A stretch of DNA of 64,000 bases from Macrostomum lignano (taxonomy: Eukaryota), in assembly GCA_002269645.1 (NCBI GenBank), contig NIVC01000567.1, positions 124,001-188,000 on the forward strand, given 5' to 3'. Below, in pieces: positions 18,721 through 31,200 of the stretch. A program made the position numbers and the translations under genes. Numbering within the stretch: the stretch's first letter is position 1; every line of letters begins with the position of its first letter. The notes below the pieces were generated by a model, which searched no databases, was not told the DNA's origin, and saw nothing but the letters and a program-made list of their open reading frames with translations.

Positions 18721-19288
18721 AGAACTTTAACAACGCTCAGTTCTTGTGCAAAGTGGTTATTTGGAAAATAAATAAGTAAGCTATAATTTGCATTTGTTTC
18801 CTGAAAGCTCTAAATATGTCGGTACTAATTTAGGTCACAATGTTATAGATAAAACAAAGTCACAATATTTAAATCAGCTTAATAGTATACTGACATAAAT
18901 TTAGGCGACCTAAATATCTATTTTTAACAAAGTTTATAATGAATAGGTTTTTTAGTTTACTTTTTAAAATATAAAAATCAGTTTACAGGAAATAAATAGG
19001 AAAACAGTTTTAAAACGATTGGGTTGACGGTGTTTTGCATTGAATTCGGCTAGCTAGGCCTACGCCGCGTTCGACTGCAGTTGAGAGTTGAAGAAGCCTA
19101 TGATTTTTACTTGAAAGCAAATTATTAATTATTTTTTTTACATACCTTAAAGCAAGACCTTATTCTATTACTATACATACCTAGTAATGACGATCATTTT
19201 TTAATAGGAACTCGTCACAGCACATAAACTTTTTTGAAAAAAATTGTAGTGTGACGTATTTCTTTTTTTAAATAAATTATTCAATATA

Positions 19289-22200
19289 ATGTGTAATTGC
19301 TGTAAATGCTCATCTAAAGCTGCGCCAGCTGTTGTGGCTTGGTCTATTCTGATTGTCTTCACTGTATTATATTTTGTCTTTGTGTAAGTTCCTTGACATT
19401 ATATTCATTATATCTTGTTATTACTTATTGTTATAGGTGTAGGTAGGCTTTAATCATATCAAAAATGAAGATAGCCAATTATATAACATTAAAGCATCCA
19501 ATAAGAATAGAGTTTTTTAATTCTAACCATCAACTGAACAGTATTTTTTAAGTGATAGGGCCTCTGATTCTTGTTAGATGATTGAGAGAGTGGTTTATTA
19601 ATTATATTATAAACAAATAACTAATTATTTAGGACATGCTTATATACTTCTCACATTAGTTGTCACTGATCACTTTTTTACTATTAGGCCTATTAAAAAG
19701 TAAAAACAGTGTTGGGCAAAGTTCCGGCACTTCCAGCACTTTTAAGAAGTTACTTTTTCTTAAAGTGGCACTTTTTTCTGGTTCTTTTTTTTAGAAAGCC
19801 AAACTTCAGTAACAGAAGTTACTTTTTAATAAGTCCAGTCTTACAGTACTTGAAAATGAAATTTTAGGTGCTAAACAGCCAATTTAATACTAAATATTTC
19901 CCTAAAGCACAAAACTTTCACCAAAATACTTGTAGTACAATTATAAAAAGGTAAAAAAGATGATCCTAGGTCATGTGGTTTTTACTTTATAAGTTAAAGC
20001 ACGTTTTAAGCATCATATAGACTCATAGAATGAAGTAATTATTTGTAACTACTATTGCTAAAACAAGACATATTCAAAACAATAAACATCCTTGTTTAAC
20101 AACTCTTTGCAAGTTTTCTAACAAGCATCAGTACATCTTTATTAAGCAACAAAGAAGAATGAAATTACATTAAAATATGTATCATTGCAACATGTATGTA
20201 GGAAAAAAAGAATTTTAGGATGGTACCCTCATGATTTGCGGAATATTTTTTTAGGCTGATTTCTTCATTTCAATGTTCATGCAAGACAACACGTGTGATG
20301 CATTCTAAGAGTGTTTTGACTTTAAACTCCTTTGAGGCTAATTATAATTTTCTATTTGCAGCGCAAAGGCACTAATCAAGTTGTTTGAAGTCTTATGCAT
20401 TGGTCCATCTATCAAATTAGCCATTTGTTGTCCGCTATCTGTTTTGTTAATTGTTAACTGGCATTTCTAAAGCTGCCAGAATATATACTATTGAGTCATC
20501 AATACAAAAGTATACTTACACTACTAAAAAAGTATAATTGCTGTAAAACTATAGCACAATACTACACTGCGACAAGAATGGCCTTCACAAACCAAAAGTC
20601 ACCTAATTATCCTACACTGATCATTGTGACATATCTATTGGATAAAAATTATTTCTATACATATTTCTAAAAAGTCAAAATCAACATTTGAAAATCAGCC
20701 TCCAAAATTTTTTTCTGCAAATTGCGAGTGTATTGTCCTGATGTATTGCTAATCTTTGTTTTGTAAAAATATTGTTTATTCACTCAAATTTTGGATCAAT
20801 AATACAAAAACATTATATGTAGCATCTTTATTTGAAGAATAACAACATATGTTTAACTCTAGACCAACACATGTTTTTTCCATAAAGACATGTTGAAGTA
20901 CTTTTTAATTGGTAGTTTAATAAAATTAGAAAGGACCAGTAACGGAAGTACCAGAAGTTACTTTTTAAAAATATTACCGGTATCAAAACGAGTGCTGGAA
21001 GTTTTTTTCCTTGGAACCAGAAGTTACTTAACTGGAAGTTACTTTTTCAGAGTAACTTGCCCAACACTGATTAAAAAATAAGTTTACTATCTTTGACTTA
21101 GGCCTATAGCAAAATCCAAAAATTGGGGGCAAGTTTTTTGAAAACTCATTTTTAGAGATTTGATAAAAGCAATAATGCTATAAAATAAATTTTCTTAAGA
21201 TTTTAAAAGTTAGAAACATCTATAAGATTATTAAAAGCATAAATTATTTACATATAACCTTATTTTTAATAAAATGATTTGTTTAAATAGTAAATGAATT
21301 TATGAATATAAAAAGACTAATAAAAAGATTGAAAGGCTCTAATAATGCAGGGTTTTATTTTTTGCCTGCTTTTTTTAGGATGCAATTTTAAGGCTTATAG
21401 AATATAGTTTTTCTTTTTTCTTTTTTAAAGCAATGCAAATGAGGCTTCAACAAAAAATAGGTTATGAGACTGCATCTAAGCTGCACCCACTTTTCAATTT
21501 TAGGGTGCAATTTTAAAATTTAGGGTGCATATGCACACTCTGTGCACAAAAATAAACCCAGTAATAATGTATTTATTAACTTTAAGTATCTTATAATATT
21601 ACATTCTACAATGCTACAACATATTTACCATTTTTAATGGTTTATTTGTTTAATCACTTTTGTTACTATTGACAACGTGTATTTTGTAGAGTTTGTTTGT
21701 AATAAATGCTGTAATCAGACATAAGTATTTAAGCATACAAATTAACCTAAAGATTGGAAAATTGCATTTTACTCAGCTTCTACTAAAGCAATTTGGAAAA
21801 TTCTTTTCTTTATGCATACACGCCACAATGATACCTATTTATGTGTAATTTCATTGTTCTTTGTCACTAAATAAGCATAAAGTAAATATCTAATTTGGAA
21901 GCCAGGTAACCATACATGCGCAACTGCTGGCCGACCTGGCCGATCCGGCCACCGTAAATCGTGGCTGACCAGGGGTAAGTCGCAAAATTGAGTCAACCAA
22001 AAACAGAAAAACACAAGAACCAAGAAAGGCAAGAGGAAAGCGAAAAAAAGAGCAGTTCAGGGAAAATGGTGAAGCAAAAGAAAAACAATTCGCAAAAGAA
22101 GCAAACTAAGTTGTAAAAATAATCAGGTAAGTCGCAAAAAGGATCAGGTAAGTCGCAAAAGGATCAGCTAAGTCACAAAAGGATTAGGTAAGTCGCAAAA

Positions 22201-25200
22201 GGATCAGGTAAGTCGCAAAAGGATTAGTTAAGTCGCAAAAGGGTTAGGTAAGTCGCAAAAAGGATTAGGTAAGTCGCAAAAAGGATTAATTAAGTCGCAA
22301 AAAGGATTAGGTAAGTCGCAAAAAGGATTAAGTAAGTCGCAAAAAGGATTAGGTAAGTCGCAAAAGGGTTAGGTAAGTCGCAAAAGGGTTAGGTAAGTCG
22401 CAAAAGGATTAGGTAAGTCGCAAAAAGGATTAAGTAAGTCGCAAAAAGGATTAGGTAAGTCGCAAAAAGGATTAGGTAAGTCGCAAAAAGGATTAGGTAA
22501 GTCGCAAAAAGAAGCAACTAAGTCGCAATAAGAGGGAAGTAAGTCACAATCAGAGGCAATCAGGGGGTAGTAGGTGCAGGTGTGGCAGGAGAGCAAAAAC
22601 AGAATAGAAGCCTTCAACAACAGACAAGATCTTTGAAATCAGAAGCCCGCGTCAACAGTTTCCCATTGATTTCTTAAACTCTGGAGCAGGGGTTGGCAAA
22701 CTCCGGCTCGCGAAGCCCCTCTATCTGGCCCTCGCCCCTCGGGTTCTTTGAAACTTCCTAACTACGAGGGGCGTCCGGAAAGTAGTGTTACTTTTGCTTG
22801 GTGTGGACGTATGGACAGTCACACTTGCATGTGCTTGGTGTCATTTGAAAGCGGCAAGTCTCTTCTTTAAAATGACACCAATTGCAAGAGATTTGAATCT
22901 GTGCTTCAAGAGATATGGACGATTAAGTAGAGAAAGGTCAGTCATAGACTTACAGAACCTCAAAAATGTCAACAGAAAACTTTTACGATTTTTTCGTAAT
23001 CATGGGCTGTCTATGGCCAAATGTGATGCAGTGAACGAGAGGGGCTGTCTCATAAAACTACGAGACTTGTAAAACTGCTTCTGCTGCGCCTGCAAAGTTT
23101 ATTGACATTCAATTTTCAATTGTGAACTGCAAATGGATGTGCATTCAAAGACTGGGCAGCGACATGCCATCTTTACACTTTGGAGCTCCGGAACCAAATC
23201 GGCTGACATCCACAGGCAACTTTGCACAGCTCATGGCGACCATGCTGTCAGCAAGATGACAAGTCTGCCAACCGATGAATGATTTTAATGTTGTTCGCTT
23301 GTGTGATAATTTGCTTGCTATCTGTTTCACCTGCTTCTGTACTGTACTGTTGTGTTTTTTGTTTTTTCTGGAGTAATTACGCTCGTGATAAAAGTTTTCT
23401 GTTGACATCTTTGAGGTTCTGTAAGTCTATGACTGACCTTTCTCTACTTAATCGTCCATATCTCTTGAAGCACAGATTCAAATCTCCTGCAATTGGTGTC
23501 ATTTTAAAGAAGAGACTTGCCGCTTTCAAATGACACCAAGCACATGCAAGTGTGACTGTCCATACGTCCACACCAAGCAAAAGTAACACTACTTTCTTAA
23601 GGTTGGTAACACTACTTAGGTTGGTGTCTCTTCAACTCTCATCTCTCTCTTCTTCTCTACCTTGCCTCCCCTCTTCTCTCTCTCCCCCCTTTTCCCTCCT
23701 CTCTCCTCTCATTTTTACTCTCCTCTCTTCTCCCCCTTTCTCTCTACCCTTTCTCCTCAATGCCCTCTTCTCTCCTCTTATCTTCAGCAAAAATATGTGC
23801 ATATTTTCTTACTTCAAAGTAGAGGGAATAGAAGATTAGAGATAAGCAAACAGAGGAGAGGCGAGCGATGCGATGGGAGAAAAGATAGAATAGGAGAGAA
23901 AAGCTGAGGGAGGAAAAAGAGATGAGAGAGAAGAGGAGATGAGAGGAAAGAGGAAAGAAAAGATGATGGATGAGATCAGAAGAGAGGAAAGAGGAAAGAG
24001 AAGAAAGTAGATGAGAGAAGAGAGGATAAAGAGGAGATGAGAGGAGAGTGAAGAGAGGAGAGATGAGAGAGTAGAAAAGAGAGGAGAGATAAGATGAGAG
24101 AGTAGAGTGGAGAGAGACGAGAGGGAAGATAAGATGAGAGTAGAGTGGAATGGAGAGAGACGAGAGGAGAGATAAGAAAGTAGAGAGGAGACAGAAGAGA
24201 TAGGAGAGGAGAGGAAAGAGAGGAGAGAGGAGAGGAAAGAGAGAAAGGATAAGGGATGAGAGAGAAAAGAAAAAGAGGATGAGAAGATTGAGGAATGGAG
24301 AGAATTTGCAAAGGCCTCAAATCTTAGTTTAACATGCATTACTCCCATCTTTGCCTTTTTCCTAACTGTTAACAAGTTTTTGTTTGAGCATGACTTCAAA
24401 TTTAGAATCTATGCAAAAATAGTTCCGGGAATTAGAATTCAGTGGTTTAAAAATCTGTGGGTTTTCACAGCTTGTATCTCTACTGGATTCGTATTCTGCA
24501 TCTGATGAGCCATCTGAATCAGGGCTCTCATCTTCCATGCCAAATCGTCTAGCAAATCGTTCTTGAGCTATAGGTCACACTGTATTCACTTCACTTACTT
24601 CTGGACATTCATGAATCATGACTTTTGTAGTATGCTCACTACACTGTACTGACAATTTACTAATTGCTTCATGCCGCCACTAGATGACATACTGATTAGC
24701 TGTTATAAAAACGCCGAATCTGCACGCAGCACTAATTAGCTGGCGAGGCATTTAGCTTTAAAAATATGGTCATAGTTACTCCTGCCGTTTACCTAACGTT
24801 TTTGCTTGGCTATTTTATAGGTAAGTCGCATTTTTTATCGAAAACTAAGTCGCACGGCCAGCGTAATTTCAGAAGTTGCGCATGTATGCAGGTAACACAT
24901 TGGAATTAGTATTTGTATTAGTATTGGAATTAGAAGCTAACGATTTGGAAAATTCTTTTTTTCCTACATACATGTTGCAATGATCCATATTTTAGTGTAA
25001 TTTCATTCTTTTTTGTTGCTTAATAAGCATATAGTAAGTAAGCATCTGATTTAGAAGCCAGGTAACACATTGAAATTCCCATAAAGATCAGAAAATTGAA
25101 TTTTACCCAGCTTCTATTAAAGTGATGTGGAGAATACTTTTTTTCCTGCATACATGCTGCAATGCTACATATTTCAGTGCAATTTCATTGTTCTTTGTTG

Positions 25201-28200
25201 TCTCATGAGCCTATAGGAAGCATTTGATTTGGATGCCAGGTTCATATTTTGTGGTACCAATTTTTACCCAAAATTTTAAAATCTAAATATAGGCATAATA
25301 CATATACTAATACTATGCAAGTTGATATTTAAATGAAAGAAAACAACTTTAAGATTATTTTTTGAAAAGGAATTAGCAGTATATTTACTTTTAGAGAAAA
25401 ATGTTTGTTGGCAAACTTTGCACTTTAAATAAGTATGAATTTTTGCCAGTTTATATGGTTTTAGAAAAACTTAGAAATCCTTAGAAATCTTTTATCTGTT
25501 TGAATAAAATAAAAACTAAAACAATAATACTTTCTGGTTTGTAAGTAGTAAAAAATTAGCCTTCTCTATTTTCAATTCCAATTATTTTTTTGCGCACTCC
25601 CGGGATTTGTCTGCTAGGTGGTGGCCTGGGTAGACTTGGTCTTAGGACCGTCCCTGATTCCGCTAATATTGGATTGGCAGTATCTTGGTCCATAGGCTTG
25701 GGTTAGTAGCCTCCAAAATCCCCCTGGCCCAGATGTCAGGGTCCAATCTTGCGGGTATCTCGGGCTTTATGCCCCTGGTAGTGCCCCTCAGCAGCAGAGC
25801 CCCCTCTCAGGGCTGATCTGCAGGTAGCTCCCAGCTTTCCACCCTTGTTTACCAAACAACAATATCTACAAGTCTCAAAATTAATTGTTTATCAATGAAA
25901 AATGTGAAACAAAAAATTGTGAATTGATCAACTCAGACTTTTAAAATGCTTTTTGTGGTTTTTTATTTGTTTATTCAGCGATGTAAATCATGAAAACAAA
26001 AGTTTTATCCAGAACTATTTTAAAGACTTTTCTATTTTTGAAAAAGCATTTTTTTGATAAAGTACCTTCCATTGAATGTCTGTAAATGTGTTTTACCATT
26101 TTATCCCACGTTTTTGGATTTTGCCCTCTTCTATAGTAATATTAATTATTTTACTATCTTATTTTTCTCATCTAAGTGTATCATCATATAAATTATATGA
26201 TAGATTAAAGTTATTTTTATATTTAAAGGAAATTTAATTTTTTAGTTCTAAATCAATTTTTAATTGATTCAATCTTTGATTTAATCCTTAGTTTAGAATC
26301 AAAACTAAGTTTGAATGCAAAATTAGGTTCAAAGTTTGGAATATCAAATCAAAACCAAGTTTAAATCTATCATTAGTATCATTTTTCACATTGTCTTTGC
26401 TGTTTTTGGTAAGCAAAGTGACTAGTACTATATTTTTTAGATAAATTGGTAGAAGACAATTTTTTTTCAGCCATTATAAATATATACTTTTTATTTAAAT
26501 TGATGCCAAAAGAAAAGTTAGTATAACATACTTTTTTTACTTTTATTTTTAACTTCGTTTGTAATATTGCAATATATAATAGCCATATATGCTTTTGGCA
26601 TTAGTATATACTAGCCTAGTAGTCCTTATTACTTATTATAAAAGATCCTTAAAGTATTAAAGGATAGCAATTTCATTTAATCTTTTTTGATTTTTATCAG
26701 AACCCCTTATTCAATATAATATATTACAATAGATAACAAATTTTTAGACAACAATCACTGTTTAACTTACTAGTTTTAGTAGACAATCACCATTGAGATT
26801 AGTCTTTGTTTTCTGTTTAAATAGAAGAACTACAATATTTGTATCAGTTAAAGTTAAATAGTCATTAAACAACCAGCCTATTTATAAACAGCTTTGGAAG
26901 CTGTTAATTTTTATGTAACTTTTAAAAAAAGATTGTGTTCTATGTTACAAAACTACAAAAGAAAAAGTAAGATATTTTTCATGGAATGCTACACATGAAA
27001 AGCAGATTTGAATTCAGGAAGGAACTTTTAAAAATTCAAAGCTTTATCTAATAGGTATCATTGGGTACTACTACTACATTGGGAACCTACTGAATATTTC
27101 ACAAAAGTAAGCATTACACTCTTGGTTAAAAAGCATTTGTATATGCTTGTATATATAAACTAGTAATATTGAAATGATGGTCTTCCAAAATTGAGAAGGG
27201 ATGATGGTTCACACTGCACTTGACTCTATCTACAAGTTTGTAATCCACAATTCTCTTTGCACTTGCACATAATTGAAGCCAAGGACTCTGCATTTTATTT
27301 TGAGACACCATGTGCATAAATTGTATTAGTATGAAAGATTATTAATGACCTAAAAAAGTTTATAAACTTTATTAAATTTTAATTTTAATTTTTGTTTTCA
27401 TTTAGTTATAATGATAAATCTCAGGCATTAATCAATTTCATTGATTAATAATAGATTTGAATTTAAATTTGAATTGAGAAATTGAGAAATAGAATTTCAT
27501 TTCTATTGATTTCAATAATGGGACCATGGGTCACAATTAATGCTCTTTGTTTTTTGTCAGAATCACACTGCCACTGGCACCAAGAGGCCAACTAACATCA
27601 ATCTAAATCTTCTGAATTATAGAAAATACGGTACTAAAACTAAAAGATATTCAGCTTAGAAAAAACATTGAAAAGAAAACACAACTCGGATGCTATAATA
27701 AACTGGGTCTGTGATGATGCACACTATAATAAAAGTTAATTAGTTTGTTTACCTCATAATTGCTAGCTGCTATGGCACAATTTAATGGCACAGAACTTAT
27801 CCCTTCCCAACAGGTCACCCTATGTGGCCTATAAGGTTACAGTTGCTATCCCAGTGCTGCAGGCTTTCATAACATTCTTCGTAGTAGCCAATTTTGCCCG
27901 GGCAACATTCCTGGATCCTGGCACCTATCCTCAGTGCGTGCGCAACGAATCAGACGATGACGATAGCCGGGGCACTCTGTTTAAAAGTGTTGAAATTCGC
28001 GGCTGTCAGTCCAAAATTAAATGGTGCTCCACCTGCAGGTTTTACCGGCCGCCAAGGTAAGCAAATATTTTATTCGTTAATTTAATTGGGAGCTTGAGTC
28101 CCCCGAGTCTTAAAGATGAGATTTTCAGATACCGCTTTTAAAGATGAGATTTTGAAGTCCCATTCTCAAGGATGAGATTTTGAAGTCCCATTCTCAAGGA

Positions 28201-31200
28201 TGAGATTTTGAAATCCCATTCTCAAATATGAGATTTTGAAATCCCATTCTTAAAGATGAGATTTTGAAATCCCATTCTTAAAGATGAGATTTTGAAATCC
28301 CATTCTCAAAGATGAGATTTTGAAATCCCATTCTCAAAAATGAGATTTTGAAATCCCATTCTTAAAGATGAGATTTTGAAATCCCATTCTCAAATATGAG
28401 ATTTTGAAATCCCATTCTTAAATATGAGATTTTGAAATCCCATTCTCAAGGATGCGATTTTAAGACCCCATTCTCAACGATGAGATTTTGAAATCTCGTC
28501 TGTCTTGTCGAAGACGAGAAATGCCAGTATTTAAAATTTAAAATAAATTAAAAAGACAATTTTTAGAGATAGAATTTAAAGTGATTGCAATTGGATATAG
28601 ATGTGTCAAAAATGTTAGATGATTGTCATTTGCAATAATAAATAAGAAAGACAGTCCCAACGTCCCCCAGGTGCTCCCACTGCTCCTCATGCGATCGTTG
28701 CATTGACACTTTTGACCATCACTGCCCGTGGGTGAACAACTGCATTGGTCGCCGCAACTACAGAGCATTCTTCTTCTTCCTGTCATCTCTGACCGCCCAC
28801 ACAATCTCTGTGCTGGCTGCTAGCATCTACTTTGTTGTGCAGCATAGGGAAAATTTGCGTCAAGTTGGTCCCATCGTTGCCATAGTGATTGTGTGCGTTG
28901 CCGGGCTGCTGGTCTTTCCCATTGCTGGCCTTACCGGCTTCCACATCTACCTGATTAGCAAGGGCGTTACTACTAATGAGCAGGTGAGTGTTTTTTCGAT
29001 TTCAAAAGATCCTCAGTTGCTGGGCCTCCAGCCTCCCAGATCCTGAGTTGCTAGACCAGCCTCCCAGATCCTCAGCTGCTGGGCCAGCCTCCCAGATCCT
29101 CAGTTGCTGGGCCAGCCTCCCAGATCCTCAGTTGCTAGGCCAGCCTCCCAGATCCTCAGCTGCTGGGCCAGCCTCCCAGATCCTCAGTTGCTGGGCCAGC
29201 CTCCCAGATCCTCAGCTGCTGGGCCAGCCTCCCAGATCCTCAGTTGCTAGGCCAGCCTCCCAGATCCTCAGTTGCAGGGCCAGCTTCCCAGATCCTCAGT
29301 TGCTAGGCCAGCTTCCCAGATCCTCAGTTGCTAGGCCAGCCTCCCAGATCCTCAGTTGCTGGGCCAGCCTTTCGGATCCCTAATTAGCTCAAGCCTTAAT
29401 CCTCGCAGAGCCAGCAAGCCAAACCCTCCCACGCATGACAGGTCACTCACAAATACGACGTAGAGAATCCGTTCGATGAGGGCTGCAGCAAAAACTGTCT
29501 GCAGACCCTGTGCGGCTCCCAGTTCCCCTACCCGGTTCGACCGTTCAAGAAGCGACCAACCTCAGTGGCGTCCGGCACTTCCGCAGCTAAGAAGCTGCCA
29601 GAGAACCGCGCAAGCCTGCTGCACTATCAAGTTGACGCCGAGGGCGATAAGATCGCTTACGAAACGGCGTACGAACCCGCGACCACAGTTGGCGCCAATT
29701 CTAGTGCTAAAGATGATAATCAACAAAAAGATTTGCCTATGCCAAGTGCCAGACCGCCTGTGCCTACAAATGGAGCTTATGCATCGCCCAGACCGAGACC
29801 CGTGAGTGTGAGCTATTTAGCAATCAAAGTACTCCAATGTCGTTACCCATTCTCAGTGTAACGGGGGTCTGAGCAGAGCTTGTTAGATAGAGCCTGGCTG
29901 TGTAAATCTATTTGCAAAAGCCAAGAAATAGAGAGAACTTTCTGTTGCGTCTGAATTGTAGATTCAGTTTAGACTAGTATTTGTAGTAGTTTATCTCTTA
30001 TCTATATGGTATTAAAGAACTTTGTTTACTATGTAATGTATGAATTGTAGCTAGTGTTTCAGATGAGGTTCCGCGTTAATACTGCTTTTTATTTTTTTTC
30101 TTACATAAAACGAAATTACTAAATTAGAATGCAACTCCCATGCCCCTCCACCCCAATGTACACTGTTTCCTAACCCAGCATTTATGTACGCTTTCTGTTT
30201 CCTAAACCAGCCTCACCACCCCAATGTACGCTCTCTGTTTCCTACACCAGCCTCACCACCCCAATGTACGCTTTCTGTTTCCTAAACCAGCCTCACCACC
30301 CCAATGTACGCGCTCTGTTTCCTAACCCAGCCCCACCACCCCAATTTACGCTCTCCGTTTCCTAACCCAGCCCCACCACCCCAATGTACGCTCTCCGTTT
30401 CCTAACCCTGCCCCACCACCCCAATGTACGCTCTCTGTTTCCTAACCCAGCCCCACCACCCCAATTTACGCTCTCCGTTTCCTAACCCAGCCCACCACCC
30501 CAATTTACGCTCTCCGTTTCCTAACCCAGCCCCACCACCCCAATTTACGCTCTCCGTTTCCTAACCCAGCCCCACCACCCCAGTGTACGCTCTCTGTTTC
30601 CTAACCCTGCCCCACCACCCCAATGTACGCTCTCTGTTTCCTAACCCAGCCCCACCACCCCAATTTACGCTCTCCGTTTCCTAACCCAGCCCACCACCCC
30701 AATTTACGCTCTCCGTTTCCTAACCCAGCCCCACCACCCCAATTTACGCTCTCCGTTTCCTAACCCAGCCCCACCACCCCAATTTACGCTCTCCGTTTCC
30801 TAACCCAGCCCCACCACCCCAATTTACGCTCTCCGTTTCCTAACCCAGCCCCACCACCCCAGTGTACGCTCTCTGTTTCCTAACCCTGCCCCACCACCCC
30901 AATGTACGCTCTCTGTTTCCTAACCCTGCCCCACCACCCCAATGTACGCTCTCTGTTTCCTAACCCTGCCCCACCACCCCAATGTACGCTCTCTGTTTAC
31001 AGGCAGTTATCGGAGGTCCAGCAGGCCAGATGGAGCCCCTGCTGCCTCCGCCACCGCAGACTCAGCCAACAGTTCACTATCTTCGCCGAGACCAACAACA
31101 GCAGCAGCAGCAGGTGCCCAGCCCTAACGAGCCTTTCGCCTTCAATAGCACTCAGACTCCACAGCCGCAGCCAACTCTGAGGCATTCAATGCTGCCTCCT

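Larger units (their letters stand above)
21911..24888. mobile_element. Non-autonomous hAT-type element with perfect 8-bp TSD, carrying nested insertions and a satellite
   Basis: 15-bp perfect TIR CATACATGCGCAACT / AGTTGCGCATGTATG flanked by direct repeat CAGGTAAC (21903-21910 and 24889-24896). Subterminal TAAGTCGCA motifs at both ends. Confidence 0.85.

Noticed and set aside
24330-24620. Acidic minus-strand frame ([19 protein letters not shown]...) inside the hAT element as a transposase fragment
   Set aside because: It is interrupted by stops and has no recognisable BED finger, DDE or dimerisation motif, so it cannot be supported.
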